A stretch of DNA of 63,620 nucleotides, the filler included, from Rhabdomonas costata (Eukaryota), in assembly GCA_019059605.1 (NCBI GenBank). It is 32 parts of 32 records of this genome, joined end to end, with 100 filler letters (N's around TTAATTAATTAA, not from the genome) between each part and the next. Parts side by side here need not be neighbours in the genome. Positions count along the whole stretch, not along the records: positions 49,804 to 51,691 come from JAHMHO010007736.1; positions 51,792 to 53,679 come from JAHMHO010007737.1; positions 53,780 to 55,666 come from JAHMHO010007738.1; positions 55,767 to 57,654 come from JAHMHO010007739.1; positions 57,755 to 59,644 come from JAHMHO010007740.1; positions 59,745 to 61,632 come from JAHMHO010007741.1; 26 more parts are not named here. One strand, written 5' to 3'. How positions within the stretch are numbered: the first letter of the stretch is position 1; the number at the start of each line of letters is the position of its first letter. The notes under the pieces are model-generated. The model was not told where the DNA came from and searched no databases. It was given only the letters and a program-made list of their open reading frames with translations. A program made the position numbers and the translations under genes. Below, one piece after another: positions 50,656 to 61,629 of this stretch.

Positions 50656-53558
50656 CTGTGGGCATATATACGGTAGATCCGGCAGGACAGCACGCATACA
50701 TACATCTTACGTTTCAAGGGGGGCTGCCAGTAAAGAGAAAAATAGGCACCACAAAAACACGCCCACATGATAGCCCCCGCCCCTTCACCTGTCAGGTCGG
50801 TCGACCGTCAAAAACCGGGGCGATTCCCCATTTCCACCCAAAAACCATTTAAATATGGAGCGAGTCGAATGCTTCCCCACTGTATCCAAACAGTGTGGGT
50901 GTAGGCTTCCTCTCACAGGTATGCTTGCGAGAATTTGAAAGGTTCCGCACACACATACGGAACATTTCGAATTCTCGAATGTTTTTCCGACACCTGCAAT
51001 CACCCCGTTTCCCCCGCAAGATTGGAAAAAACAGGAGAGTCGCTCTTCATGCAGTTCATTGTCCACTTTCATTGAAATCGATGCGTTTAGATTAGGTAAC
51101 CAATCTGGAGTGAGGCCATAGTTGGCCCAGTTGCCTGTTTTCATTCCCCACTCAGGAGTACTGAACTACTTGAAACTGTGTCTCAAAAAACCGCAGCTCA
51201 TCGAAATGTAGATGAGAAGTCACACCAGTGCAGCAGTGGGTCGAGGTGCACGGAATGCTGGCACAGTTCGCTGAGTAAGGCACCCACAGTGGCGCACTGC
51301 TGGTACATGTCGAAGGGGCGAAGTTGCAGCAGAGCTGAGCTGAGATATAGCAAAACCACCCACGGAGTCTCAGTGAGCAGTTGGTGGCTGCCTACATGAG
51401 CTGATCACTTGACACACTGCATGATGGAGAACTGATATACTGGTCCATGGCGGTCCGTTGGCTTTTGCGCTCGTGAGGTGAAGGCCTGCCTGGAATCCAC
51501 TTGGTTGGGGTCATCGCTTACTGACAGCCACGGCACGCATCACGGTGTCCATCTGCAAGTAGGTCGGTCTCTTCTCAGAACACTTCCACAAGGACACTGT
51601 CACAAACTGCGATTTACATCGTGACGTGCACCCTAAACAAACCCTAACCCCAACCCGAACCACAACTCCAAACAGTAATTCACCACCCACANNNNNNNNN
51701 NNNNNNNNNNNNNNNNNNNNNNNNNNNNNNNNNNNTTAATTAATTAANNNNNNNNNNNNNNNNNNNNNNNNNNNNNNNNNNNNNNNNNNNNGGGTTGGTT
51801 GGTGTGCGTGTGTGGGCGAGGGGAGGCGGTGAAGGCAGCGGAAAACCCGTGTGCAAAAGCACTGATCTCAGACTGGCCGCTGTGATGCCGCCCTCCAGGG
51901 GCGCAGTGACCGACCCGGAGGTCGACCATACGCAGATACACGGCGAGGAGGAGGTCGGGGTGTGGGGCTCATGCTCCCCACCCGCAGGGGCAGGCTGATG
52001 GGGACCACGGGCTGGAGCCCCGTGGTGGTGCCCATGGGGCAGCCCGCGGCCTCTGCAAGGAGGGCGCTGGCCTCGGAAGCCGAGCAGGGCCCCACGGCAG
52101 CGAGGTCAAAAAGCTTCTGAATCTCTGATGGGCCTGCAAAAACGAAAGCAAGGGGGTGGTGGGTTTTAACGATGGCATCCCTCAACAGAGAAAGCATGCA
52201 TTGGTACATGAGAAAGCATGCACCCAAAAGTGTGGGGCAGGCTATGTCTGCTTTCATGGCGAAAAGGATGGTGGGGGAGTGGGAGTGGGAACAATCTTTT
52301 TGCTGCCCTCAAAATCGCATCCTCAGCTTGTCAGCACACACACACACACACAATTTACTTAACATCAGCGACATGACCGCGATTTTTGTTATTTGTTTGA
52401 TTTTCCTTGAGCCTCTGCCTGCCAACTGCCTACATGCAGAAAGATGAAGAAAGAAACCGCGTCCTGAATCAAGTGCTCCGACGGTCCTGGTCGATTCTAT
52501 TATCGCTGTGCAAACTGCGAAGAACCTGGCAACCAAGCAAGCAATCAAACTAAACGCACATCTTCTGCGTCCAAGACTGACCTCGAACCTTCTTCTGATT
52601 GTTTTTTTCGTTTTGAAATGCCGCTACGCGCTTGGGGTGCGGGGCCCGGGGCTCGGGAGGGGAGGTGGTGGACGCAGGGACACAGGGACACAAACCGATC
52701 TCTGATGTGTTCAGCTGTGCCTGAAGAAGCCTGCAGAGCGCACCCACGGGAAGGGCGGCGCGCGTGCACCTCCCGTAGCAGCTCTGCAGGTCGCGCAACG
52801 TCAGACGCGCTGTGCCCGGGGCCTGGGCGACACGCACATTTTGTAGCCTGAAGAAGCCTAAATCTGAAAGAAGCTTCAGCTCCAAATCTTGTGTAATGGA
52901 ATGACGCTAAACGTCCTAAACGGCAGCTTTTCGGGGAGGAAGTTGCTGATGCTGGGGCACCAGAAATGGTCACAACTGAGTGAAGAGTGATCTTCTCCTC
53001 ACCAGAAGGGGAACGGAACACCAAAACCTGGAAAGTCAACATCAAATACGAATGCGTTGAAACCTCGAACAAGTCCATACCTGGCGAGCCTTCGAAATGG
53101 CACGGCCAAGCTCTGATGAGGAGTCCACCAAGGGCAGCTCCACATCAAACACCCCCTGGGCCGGGTCTGAGTCCGCGTAGATCCTACAATTGTTTTAATG
53201 AAGCAAGCAAGGCAAAAGCGAAAGCATTCGAAAGCGACACACAGGGACACTGCCGTTTTCGCCTAGTCTGGCGATTGCGGTAGTACGCCGAACCTCCACG
53301 CTCCCCGGAACAGAAAACAAAGAAATATATAGCAGCAATTTCAGTTGCATGACCTGCGTTTGCTGGTTCCGTTTCTGTCCAATCGCAACTCTTTATATCC
53401 GCACCACAGCAAAAAAGCACACCTGAACTGAAGAGTGCATTTTCGAACAGGTACCAGGGTGGTGAAAAAAAAACGGCGGTCTCTTCGAACTGTCATTGTG
53501 CTCGCAACTCGACTTTTGAGCCCCCCGCAAGATTTTCTGTGCTCCCGTTCCACCTCAC

Positions 53559-53679
53559 CATAGAGCAGCATCATGTACCGGTATATATTCTTCAGCTGCT
53601 GCAGCTCCACGGGGCTGAGCTCGACATCCACCTCCTCCGCAGAAGACGAGGGCAGCCCCCGACGAGCCTCGGAGGCCTC
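53559..53679 (-). CDS. Exon of hypothetical protein (further minus-strand exons likely near 52770-52850 and 51870-52135)
   Basis: SSAEEVDVELSPVELQQLKNIYRYMMLLY, then a GTGAGG donor. GC3-rich. Confidence 0.45.
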
Positions 53680-53779
53680 NNNNNNNNNNNNNNNNNNNNN
53701 NNNNNNNNNNNNNNNNNNNNNNNTTAATTAATTAANNNNNNNNNNNNNNNNNNNNNNNNNNNNNNNNNNNNNNNNNNNN

Positions 53780-54530
53780 GTGTGGTAGCCGATTCCGAGA
53801 ATCTTGCTGCAAGCAAGCTGGAGGAGTGAATGGTCATGTCCACGGCCAGATCACGTCCGTGGTGCCACTGGCGAAGCAGGAGGTCGGCTGGTCTCCGTTC
53901 CGGGTGCTGAGGAAGCCACTGCTCCTTCTCAACGGCCAGACCTGCGAAGGTACACACCTCGAAAACGACGTCTCTGAGGAAGGTGCCAATCGCTCCAGAA
54001 CCGAGGCACACAACCGCATGCTGACCCGCGGCATCCCCCAGAGCATGGCACGTGGGGCATCTATAGTCGCCTCCTCGAAGTGGAATCCAAGGATCCAGCG
54101 CAGGCCCGCTCGAAAGGCGGCGGTGGTCAACTCAGCCCAAGGGCTGGGACCATACGTCCATGCAAGGGCGTGAGGAGTCTGCAAGCTGGAGAGCCTCACT
54201 TGACCTACCTCATTCAGTGAGGAAAACAACCTTTCTGCAGTCTGGGTAGGGAGCATAGCTGTGAGTTGCTGCTGCAGGTCTTTCTTGTCTAATAAGAAGA
54301 AAAGGAGAAGCTGGTTTGAGGCTCCGACCCGCTGAAGAGACGGGCGGACTCACGAATCGACCAGGGGTCATGCAGCCCAAGACCACCGGATCGACTTGGA
54401 AGAGAAGCATGCGCCCATTGCACTGGTGACACGGCACAACAGAGCGGAACTTCGGAAATCAGATCATGGAGCTGATCCGTGGGGTACTCTACCCCACAGG
54501 CACCCGTGCAGAAACGAAGCAGCTGCATAC
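53780..54530 (-). mobile_element. Degenerate CRE/SLACS-like non-LTR retrotransposon (post-RT region, CCHC finger, restriction-like endonuclease)
   Basis: Across frameshifts: LLRFC, ASLPSRSGGLGL, HALAW, FRAGLRWILG, CPTCHALGDAAGQHAVVC, LRDVV..AGL..EKE, RRPADLLL..GRDLAVDMTI. Confidence 0.85.
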
Positions 54531-55767
54531 CTCCACCCCGGAGCTGCGCCGCCCGCTTCTTGAGCACGCCAACGATAGTTGTAACCCGAAGTTGCTCTAG
54601 CAACCGCTGCTTCCCGGAAGCGACAGAAAATGCGGCCGATGGTTTGCGTAGCAACAGAAACATCAAACATCCCGAGCATTGACCCTCATGGTAAACCTGG
54701 CCTGATAGCATTCCCAAACCTCCAGAGCGAACTGTCCCCCCATACTGAACTGTTTCAGGGAACAGGAGAATTAAGCAGTATAAAGAAGGCTGACAAAATT
54801 TCGTTTGGATGTGGGGTGGGCGCTGTCCCACAAGAACTGTTGTTTCTGCAGCACATTAACTTTTTGTTTGGCTGAAAGGGAAGGGCAGAAGAAAGGCCAA
54901 CAAAAGGCATCTCAAAGTTTGTTTCACGCCAATTTTGGGGGGAGAAGCACTAATTTCGTGCCTTTGCGACACTGTGATGCGAAAATCAATCAAGATCCTT
55001 ACCTTAAAAGAACAGTTTCGGACATTCCAAAAAACAATCTAACTGAGTCCAAGAACACACCTCGCACTTTCGGCATTCTGTTCGTTTTCCAGCATGGCGA
55101 AAACTAGTTATGCAAATACAGAAGAACACTGACAGACTTCTATTTGCAATTCCTACCCAGTTTACAGAAGGGAACTCATTACAGGAGGGAATGATTGTAC
55201 GAGGTTAGTCTTCTCTTCAAAGTCCAATTTGCTTTTACACTCTTTTTGGTTGGACGATACAAAAAACCTTTTTACCCTAGACAGCAAATGCGGGGAAAAC
55301 GAAAACTTGTGAGGCTAACGTGCGGCTATTGGTGTGTGAGGGGAACCCATCGTTCGTCTGTGGGACGCTGTAGGTCGAACACTACTGCTCGGAACGGGGG
55401 GACCACCTAGGGCCCACCAGAAATCATACCCCGAAGGCCGGGTGGTAGTACTGGCAGAATGCTCGCGACGAGCCCGGAGGATGGACGCCATCATTATCTG
55501 CACCGCCGTAGCAACTCGTACGCGTTCGGCTTGGTCGTCGTACAGCCCCGTCAGCATGCCCCGAATGGCAACCCGACAGTTTCGGTCAACCGTCCTCTCA
55601 GAACCCAGCTTGCGTTTTCGCTGTCCACGCCCCGGCTGCTCCCACACCCACCAAACACACCAACACNNNNNNNNNNNNNNNNNNNNNNNNNNNNNNNNNN
55701 NNNNNNNNNNTTAATTAATTAANNNNNNNNNNNNNNNNNNNNNNNNNNNNNNNNNNNNNNNNNNNNG

Positions 55768-55926
55768 TGGTTGGTTTTTCGAGAAAAATCGGACCCATTT
55801 CACCCAAATCTCCGGCATACACTGTTTCTTTCGACCTCACCAGAACCCACAAGAGTTCGAAATTAGGAGGTACTACTCCGGGGGATTTAGGGGAAATGGG
55901 TCCGATTTTTCTCGAAAAGCCAACCA
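55768..55926. repeat. ~48-bp imperfect inverted repeat at contig start (MITE-like or fold-back)
   Basis: Arms 55768-55815 and 55878-55926. The core TTTTCGAGAAAAATCGGACCCATTTC is exact; the inner part is mismatched. Confidence 0.88.
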
Positions 55927-57754
55927 TATGGATCCAAGCCGAATTCACAAAGTAAGTTTAAGTACGGAGAGGAAGAAAAGGAACCATGACGAACCTCGGG
56001 CAGCCAGTCCATCGTTCCGCAAAATCAGTTTGGGTTGGTACAGACAAGACGAAAAAAAAATGAACAGGAAGATAACGGAAAGGCCAGACAACCGTGGCAG
56101 CAGCCTTCGGGCATCCGCCTTCCTGTCAGTGAGGAATGAGCTCCCATGCGGGTTCCTTGGACACCTCTCTAAGGCCCCCTCCTCACACGACAGTGGAGGA
56201 CGGCTGCCCAAATTTCACTGTGCTCATTCGTCGCATCCGAAGAAGCACGACAACCGGATACAACCGGCGGTTATACTACAAGAAAGCCGCGCCCGTGCTT
56301 TGCTCTCTGCAACAACCCCTCTTACGGAGGAAAAAGAAAATGTATTAAGAAGGGATTCACACCAGAAACACGCCTGACACGAAAAAACTTTGCCCAGACG
56401 ATGGAAAGGGAAAGCGAGTAAGACAGGACAGGACAGGACAGTGGGCAAGCATGGTGGCCCAATGTCCTCATGGAACGGGGTCTCCAGGAAGCAGGGTGCC
56501 AGACAAGGAATACGTCATCTGCAAGACATCAAGACACGCGATGAACTGAAGGAAACTTCATAGTGTCATCGGGGAACAGGAGCTTGTCTGCTGTTACTGC
56601 AACGCCGAACATCCAACATTTTTATCAGATGGAAACGTCATTGTGTATGGCAAAGCTTCTGGCCCATCACTGCCTCGTTTAGTGTAACGCAAGCACTGGT
56701 ACGCCCTTGTGTGTCACGGCGACCGTCTGGACGAGTCTACTCATATGACTCTCATTACGAGCCACGATGGAGGGAAGTAAGGGAAAGAATCTCAACATGA
56801 TTTACAACGATGTTTTATACCGCGGAAAGAGACATTTGGGGATGTCACCGCGTACCAATCCATGGGGGCAAAGCCTGGACATGCTCTTCTGACTAGTGTG
56901 AGTCCCCATGAGCGGCTACAATTTATACCTTTTGAAACCCCACCCCTTTTTTTTTTCAGTTAAATAGCTGTTTGCGTCACCCCAAAAATAACAAGTGAAA
57001 AGCGCTCACTAATTCAGAAAAAGGGGTGGCTGGAAAAAACTGGGTTCCCATAGCACCTTGGTTGTGCCTGTTTTTTCTTTTCAACTCCTCTGCTCTCTTT
57101 CTTTCACCACTATCCTTTGAGGTGATCTGCCATAAAAAGAGCTGAGTGGAGGTGGGGGGCAAACCGCTGTCATCACGGAGACCAGTCCGACAGCTGCGGG
57201 GACCTGGAGGTAATTCCACGCTCGGCCCGCTTCGGGAGCCCTCTGAGCGCAGCCCCAGCAAAAACGAAAAGAAAAGGGGAAGCGGAACATGCGCAGCGCG
57301 GCACCGGTTCGTATGCTAAGCGCTGGAGGGCTCTGACAAACAGTGCAAAGAGCTTCTTCTGTGTTGGATGCTCTTTCTACTCACTCAAGCGCGCACGCAA
57401 GGAGAGAAAAGTGAAAGAGTGACACAAGTCTGCACGTGACAGCAATTAACGGAAAGCAATAAACAGGTCACAAGGTAGTGCGTCCAAACAATGGAGAGGA
57501 TGGAGATTACGGGTTACCGCTTCATTTTGTCTTAGCCCTTCCAAGTCAACTTTTTCTACTGCTGCTCCATTGTTCCAAGTTTTCAGTGGTCCACCACCCT
57601 TGCAGCGGCTTCATGCCAGAAGAAAAGAAAAAATGCACCCCCTTCAAGTCGAGGNNNNNNNNNNNNNNNNNNNNNNNNNNNNNNNNNNNNNNNNNNNNTT
57701 AATTAATTAANNNNNNNNNNNNNNNNNNNNNNNNNNNNNNNNNNNNNNNNNNNN

Positions 57755-57962
57755 GGTTTTTGTTGTTCTCGCCGCTGTCCGTCGACGTGTCCCTAGAGGG
57801 CGCCCTTTCGGTGCCACGGCCGGTGATCCTGTTGAAAGAGGTACCCCCATCTTTCCTCGGAAGCTGCTGAAGAGGCTCTTCAAATGTCACGGCTTCTCCA
57901 AGGAACCCATCATCTCGCGTACAGGCGGTGCCGCTGCATGATCGTCTCTGCGACCTCGGACA
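57755..57962 (-). CDS. Probable exon of hypothetical protein
   Basis: CAG acceptor, then an open frame VSEVAETIMQRHRLYARDDGFLGEAVTFEEPLQQ.. to the contig edge. Confidence 0.35.
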
Positions 57963-59785
57963 CCTGCCCAGGCTAAAGCAAAACTTATGGGTGGATTTAC
58001 TCTAATGGTAGCACGGAGAGCCAACGTGGCGTTTTCTTGTTTGTTCCTTCTTTTTGTTCGCGTTGTTTGTGCAATGGGCTGCCGGGCTGCTTGACCTCGC
58101 CTCCTGTATGTCCCAACCGCCCTTTTTGGCGCTTGCGTGGACTACTCGGCTACTACTACTCTGTTCCGGGACCTTTCTGCCGCCTCTGTCCTCTTTTGTG
58201 GTTCTTCGATTCGCAAATGTTCTGCCCCCTTTCTGCACATTGTCGGCTGGCTGGTGTCCTGCGATCTCTTTAACGCGTGCGGCCAGCGTCTTAAAAATCT
58301 GGTCTCAAAAAAGTGTGTGATATGAGGTTCTTTGCGTACTGGCACTGGGCAAACCTATGTTCACGTTGCTTGCCGCTGACGTACGGCTGTCGGCACGGAC
58401 GGTTCTTTCTGCAGTCGGTCTTTTGCCACCCCAACCGCTGGACTTACTTTTTAGCACTTGCACCGGCGGCAGCCGTCGTTTTTTTTATTGGTGCACTTCC
58501 TGCTTGTTCACTGGTGGTGGAACCTTCATCGAAAAGTCTGGCACCCCAATGCCCTCACAGAGGGTTCTGTTGCTCGGACGTTCATCACCCCTTGACACAC
58601 CACACAGCTACACACACAAACACACACAAGGCGCCTTGGCGCAGTGTGCTGTGGCGTGTCCTTGTGCTGCTTGTTCTGCACATCTGTTGGTTTTTTTGGC
58701 GCGTTCACGATGCTGCTGTTCGTGCTGGACGACACGACGGGCATTGAGGTGAGGGAGTGCGCCGTGCCCATCCACACACATAGGGCGCCTTGGCTCGCGC
58801 GCGCGCGCACACACACACACGCACACACACACACACTCACTCACACACGCACATGCAGAGACGTACGCAATTACAGTGGGGGCAGTAATGAAGGCCCAAG
58901 GTGCTGGGGATCGGGCTGAACTTTTTTCTGGGTGTGTCCTCACTCCAAACTTCTCATGGCACTGCTTTGCAACGGCACGACCTTCGACCCATGCCCTGTT
59001 GCTTATTATGAGGTTGTTGTTGGACATCTGATGAGTGTTTGGTATGTGCTTGATGCGTGTCTGATGGGTGTTTTGGTATCAGTTTTAGCGTGGAATGAAC
59101 TTGCAGCACTTAACCTTTTCTTGCCATCCTTGGAAGGAGTGTGTTGAAGGCAATGCCCACAACCGCCAGCGGAGGAAATCGTGAAGTCAGTGGACTAATT
59201 TCCCGGGATGCCTCCCTTCTGCTTGCGCAAGGGAATTGTGCTGTTGTGTCCATTTGTGCTGTTGTGTCCATGCTATTTGCGCAGCAACGATGGATCCTGA
59301 TGTGAGAAGAGAAGGAGGGGTGGTGGAGGGGTCCTTTCGAAAGGCCTCATGAAACCCATATTCCACTTTTTCTTCATTTGATTATCATCCGGTGCGGTGT
59401 GAGGGATTTGGCTTTTCCTTCGAGTTGGTCTTCTTCCTTTTCTTTTTGTTGGTTTCGCTTTTTGGGCTCTGTCAGTTCAAGCGAACGGGAGTGTAATGGT
59501 AGTTATCTGCAGATGGGGTAGCGGTTCAACTGCTATTCTATTTTTTCTTCCTTGTGGTGCAACATTTTCCAAAGTGCAAAGTGGTCCGACTGGGTCCTCC
59601 TTGTTTCCGGGTGGTCTGCCTGTACACCCCAATCCAAAAAAAAANNNNNNNNNNNNNNNNNNNNNNNNNNNNNNNNNNNNNNNNNNNNTTAATTAATTAA
59701 NNNNNNNNNNNNNNNNNNNNNNNNNNNNNNNNNNNNNNNNNNNNTTTGTTGGTTTTGCTGCAACATAACTCCGGGTAATGGGTGA

Positions 59786-61477
59786 GTGGATTGCGTAGTT
59801 TGGCTGACTCTCTTTGCCGTCTACTCTCAGGAGCTATACCACTGTGGCATCCTTTGCTCTGCTCCTATGCAAATCTTTGTTTATGATTCCGAGACCCAGT
59901 TCGCGCTAAAGCCTCTCATCCGTTCATTGGGCCCGTCTTTGAAAATGACCTGTGAGGCCGGCTTGAAGCGTGACCTTACGACGAGATGTGCGATGCCCGA
60001 GGCCGTGCCCTGGAGAGGAGCGACAGAGGCAGCAAAGTTGGCGGACTTGATCGCGCTTTCGGACGATTCTCACGGCACTCCGAACAAGAGCGCAAGGGCA
60101 AGGGAAGCCTACGATGGGCAAGAAAGGGGCTGCGAGTCTTCACACCTACAATCGGCGCCGATCGAGACTTCCTCTCCTTATATGTCGCGTTTGCCTGCGG
60201 TGCCGCTTTCGCGCACAGAAGCGCCAAATAACGTCCCACCTGGGAACTTTATGGATGCGTGTGCGCCGTGCTCGCCCACTCCTCTCGAGGAGGTCCTGCA
60301 ACTTCTGAACCAATCCCGCTTCGTCCGTGAGCGATGCTTGAATTTTCTCAGTGACAAATACTCCAACAGGAAAGGTAGTGTAGTGAGTTACCTTCGGCTC
60401 TTAGCGCGGTTTAGCATGACGCTGAGGCCAGCATACTTGCTTTCGACTTCCTCTGCCCTCTGCAGTTGGCAATCGTTAGACCTTGTCGGCTTGGACGGGC
60501 CTTCAGTGGACCACCTTCAGTGGTGTTGTGTGCACCTCGTTGACCTAGTGCTGGGATTGGTCTGGGCTCGCTGGTGGTGGAGTCATTCCAATGAGATGGA
60601 GCAAATCCTGGGGTCCATGCTGCATAGTCTTCTCCATCGTTGGCCCGTGGTTTACCTTGAATGGTTGCAAGGATGGCCTGCAGGGTTTAAGTTCAACCAT
60701 GACCTGAACGCCCTGCTGGGTGGGGCTTCTCTTACTCTGTTAAAGGGGTGGGAGGAGGCACTTTCCCTCGCCCTTTCCCTCGTGGGGTGGACTTCCGTTT
60801 TCCGGGTGATTGCTATGTCTGGTCTAGCAGGACTATCGGTTGCTCTACATGCGCTTGACGGTGGGCTTGTGCTCTTTACCGCTCCATGGTCGATCCTTCA
60901 CTGGGTCACAGCCTGGCTCTTCAGCGTCACGCTCAGTGTTTTGAGGGCCCTCTCGAAGCTCTTTCGCGGGCAGAAGTACAACCCGTTGCGCGGTCGGGTG
61001 GATTCCGCGCAACTTTCTTTGGATCAGCTTCTTCTGGGAACAGTGCTGTTTACGATGTTGGGCTTTCTTTTTCCCACACTGGTGGTCTATCACGGAGTCT
61101 TCACTGCGCTCAGGGTTGCCGTTGTTGGCATTCAATGTGGAGCAAGGCTGCTGAGGACGGCTTTCTGGGAGTTTCCGTACTTCCTCCTGGGTTTGTACCT
61201 CTTCCAGAATATCCGCGGAAAATGCGTTCTCCTCCCCGGTGGAGTTGGCTTCGAAATTGTTTCACTCTCTGTGAGAATACATTGCGGCTGCCACAGCGGT
61301 ACCTGCTGTCGGAATTGCGATGTCTCACAAGATGCGGGACCCCGCAGTACTTACCTTTGGCTTCGTAGCGAGTCCGTCCCTTTGGGAGACTTGTTTCGGG
61401 GCTTTTATGGGGCCACCCGCAAAGTGCTGCGCGGCAGTGCGGCAGCTCTTATGAAACTGTTTCGGCCCTCAAGGTAG
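59786..61477 (+). CDS. PIGQ: GPI-GlcNAc transferase subunit PIG-Q/Gpi1 (start uncertain: acceptor at 59830 or ATG at 59867)
   Basis: LEWLQGWPAGFKFNHDL and LFRGQKYNPLRGRVDS..LDQLLLGTVLFT..FLFPT..VY are diagnostic Gpi1 motifs. Several hydrophobic segments. Confidence 0.93.
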   Translation: MDCVVWLTLFAVYSQELYHCGILCSAPMQIFVYDSETQFALKPLIRSLGPSLKMTCEAGLKRDLTTRCAMPEAVPWRGATEAAKLADLIALSDDSHGTPNKSARAREAYDGQERGCESSHLQSAPIETSSPYMSRLPAVPLSRTEAPNNVPPGNFMDACAPCSPTPLEEVLQLLNQSRFVRERCLNFLSDKYSNRKGSVVSYLRLLARFSMTLRPAYLLSTSSALCSWQSLDLVGLDGPSVDHLQWCCVHLVDLVLGLVWARWWWSHSNEMEQILGSMLHSLLHRWPVVYLEWLQGWPAGFKFNHDLNALLGGASLTLLKGWEEALSLALSLVGWTSVFRVIAMSGLAGLSVALHALDGGLVLFTAPWSILHWVTAWLFSVTLSVLRALSKLFRGQKYNPLRGRVDSAQLSLDQLLLGTVLFTMLGFLFPTLVVYHGVFTALRVAVVGIQCGARLLRTAFWEFPYFLLGLYLFQNIRGKCVLLPGGVGFEIVSLSVRIHCGCHSGTCCRNCDVSQDAGPRSTYLWLRSESVPLGDLFRGFYGATRKVLRGSAAALMKLFRPSR

Positions 61478-61504
61478 AGTAAGCATGCAATATTCACTGG
61501 CTCT

Positions 61505-61629
61505 GTGTTGTACAGCACGAGGTTGGCTTTTGGCATGGGTAAGCGCATGCATATGAATGGCATCATGGAGGATTGAAGAAGTGAGCGAAGGCTTTCCATT
61601 GCAAAAGCCAACCTCGTGCTGTACAACAC
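61505..61629. repeat. 28-bp perfect inverted repeat at contig end
   Basis: Arms 61505-61532 and 61602-61629. Confidence 0.92.

Noticed and set aside
51631..51661. CCCTAA-like hexamers near a contig end (telomere?)
   Set aside because: Only two exact units amid degenerate ones, not a terminal tandem array.
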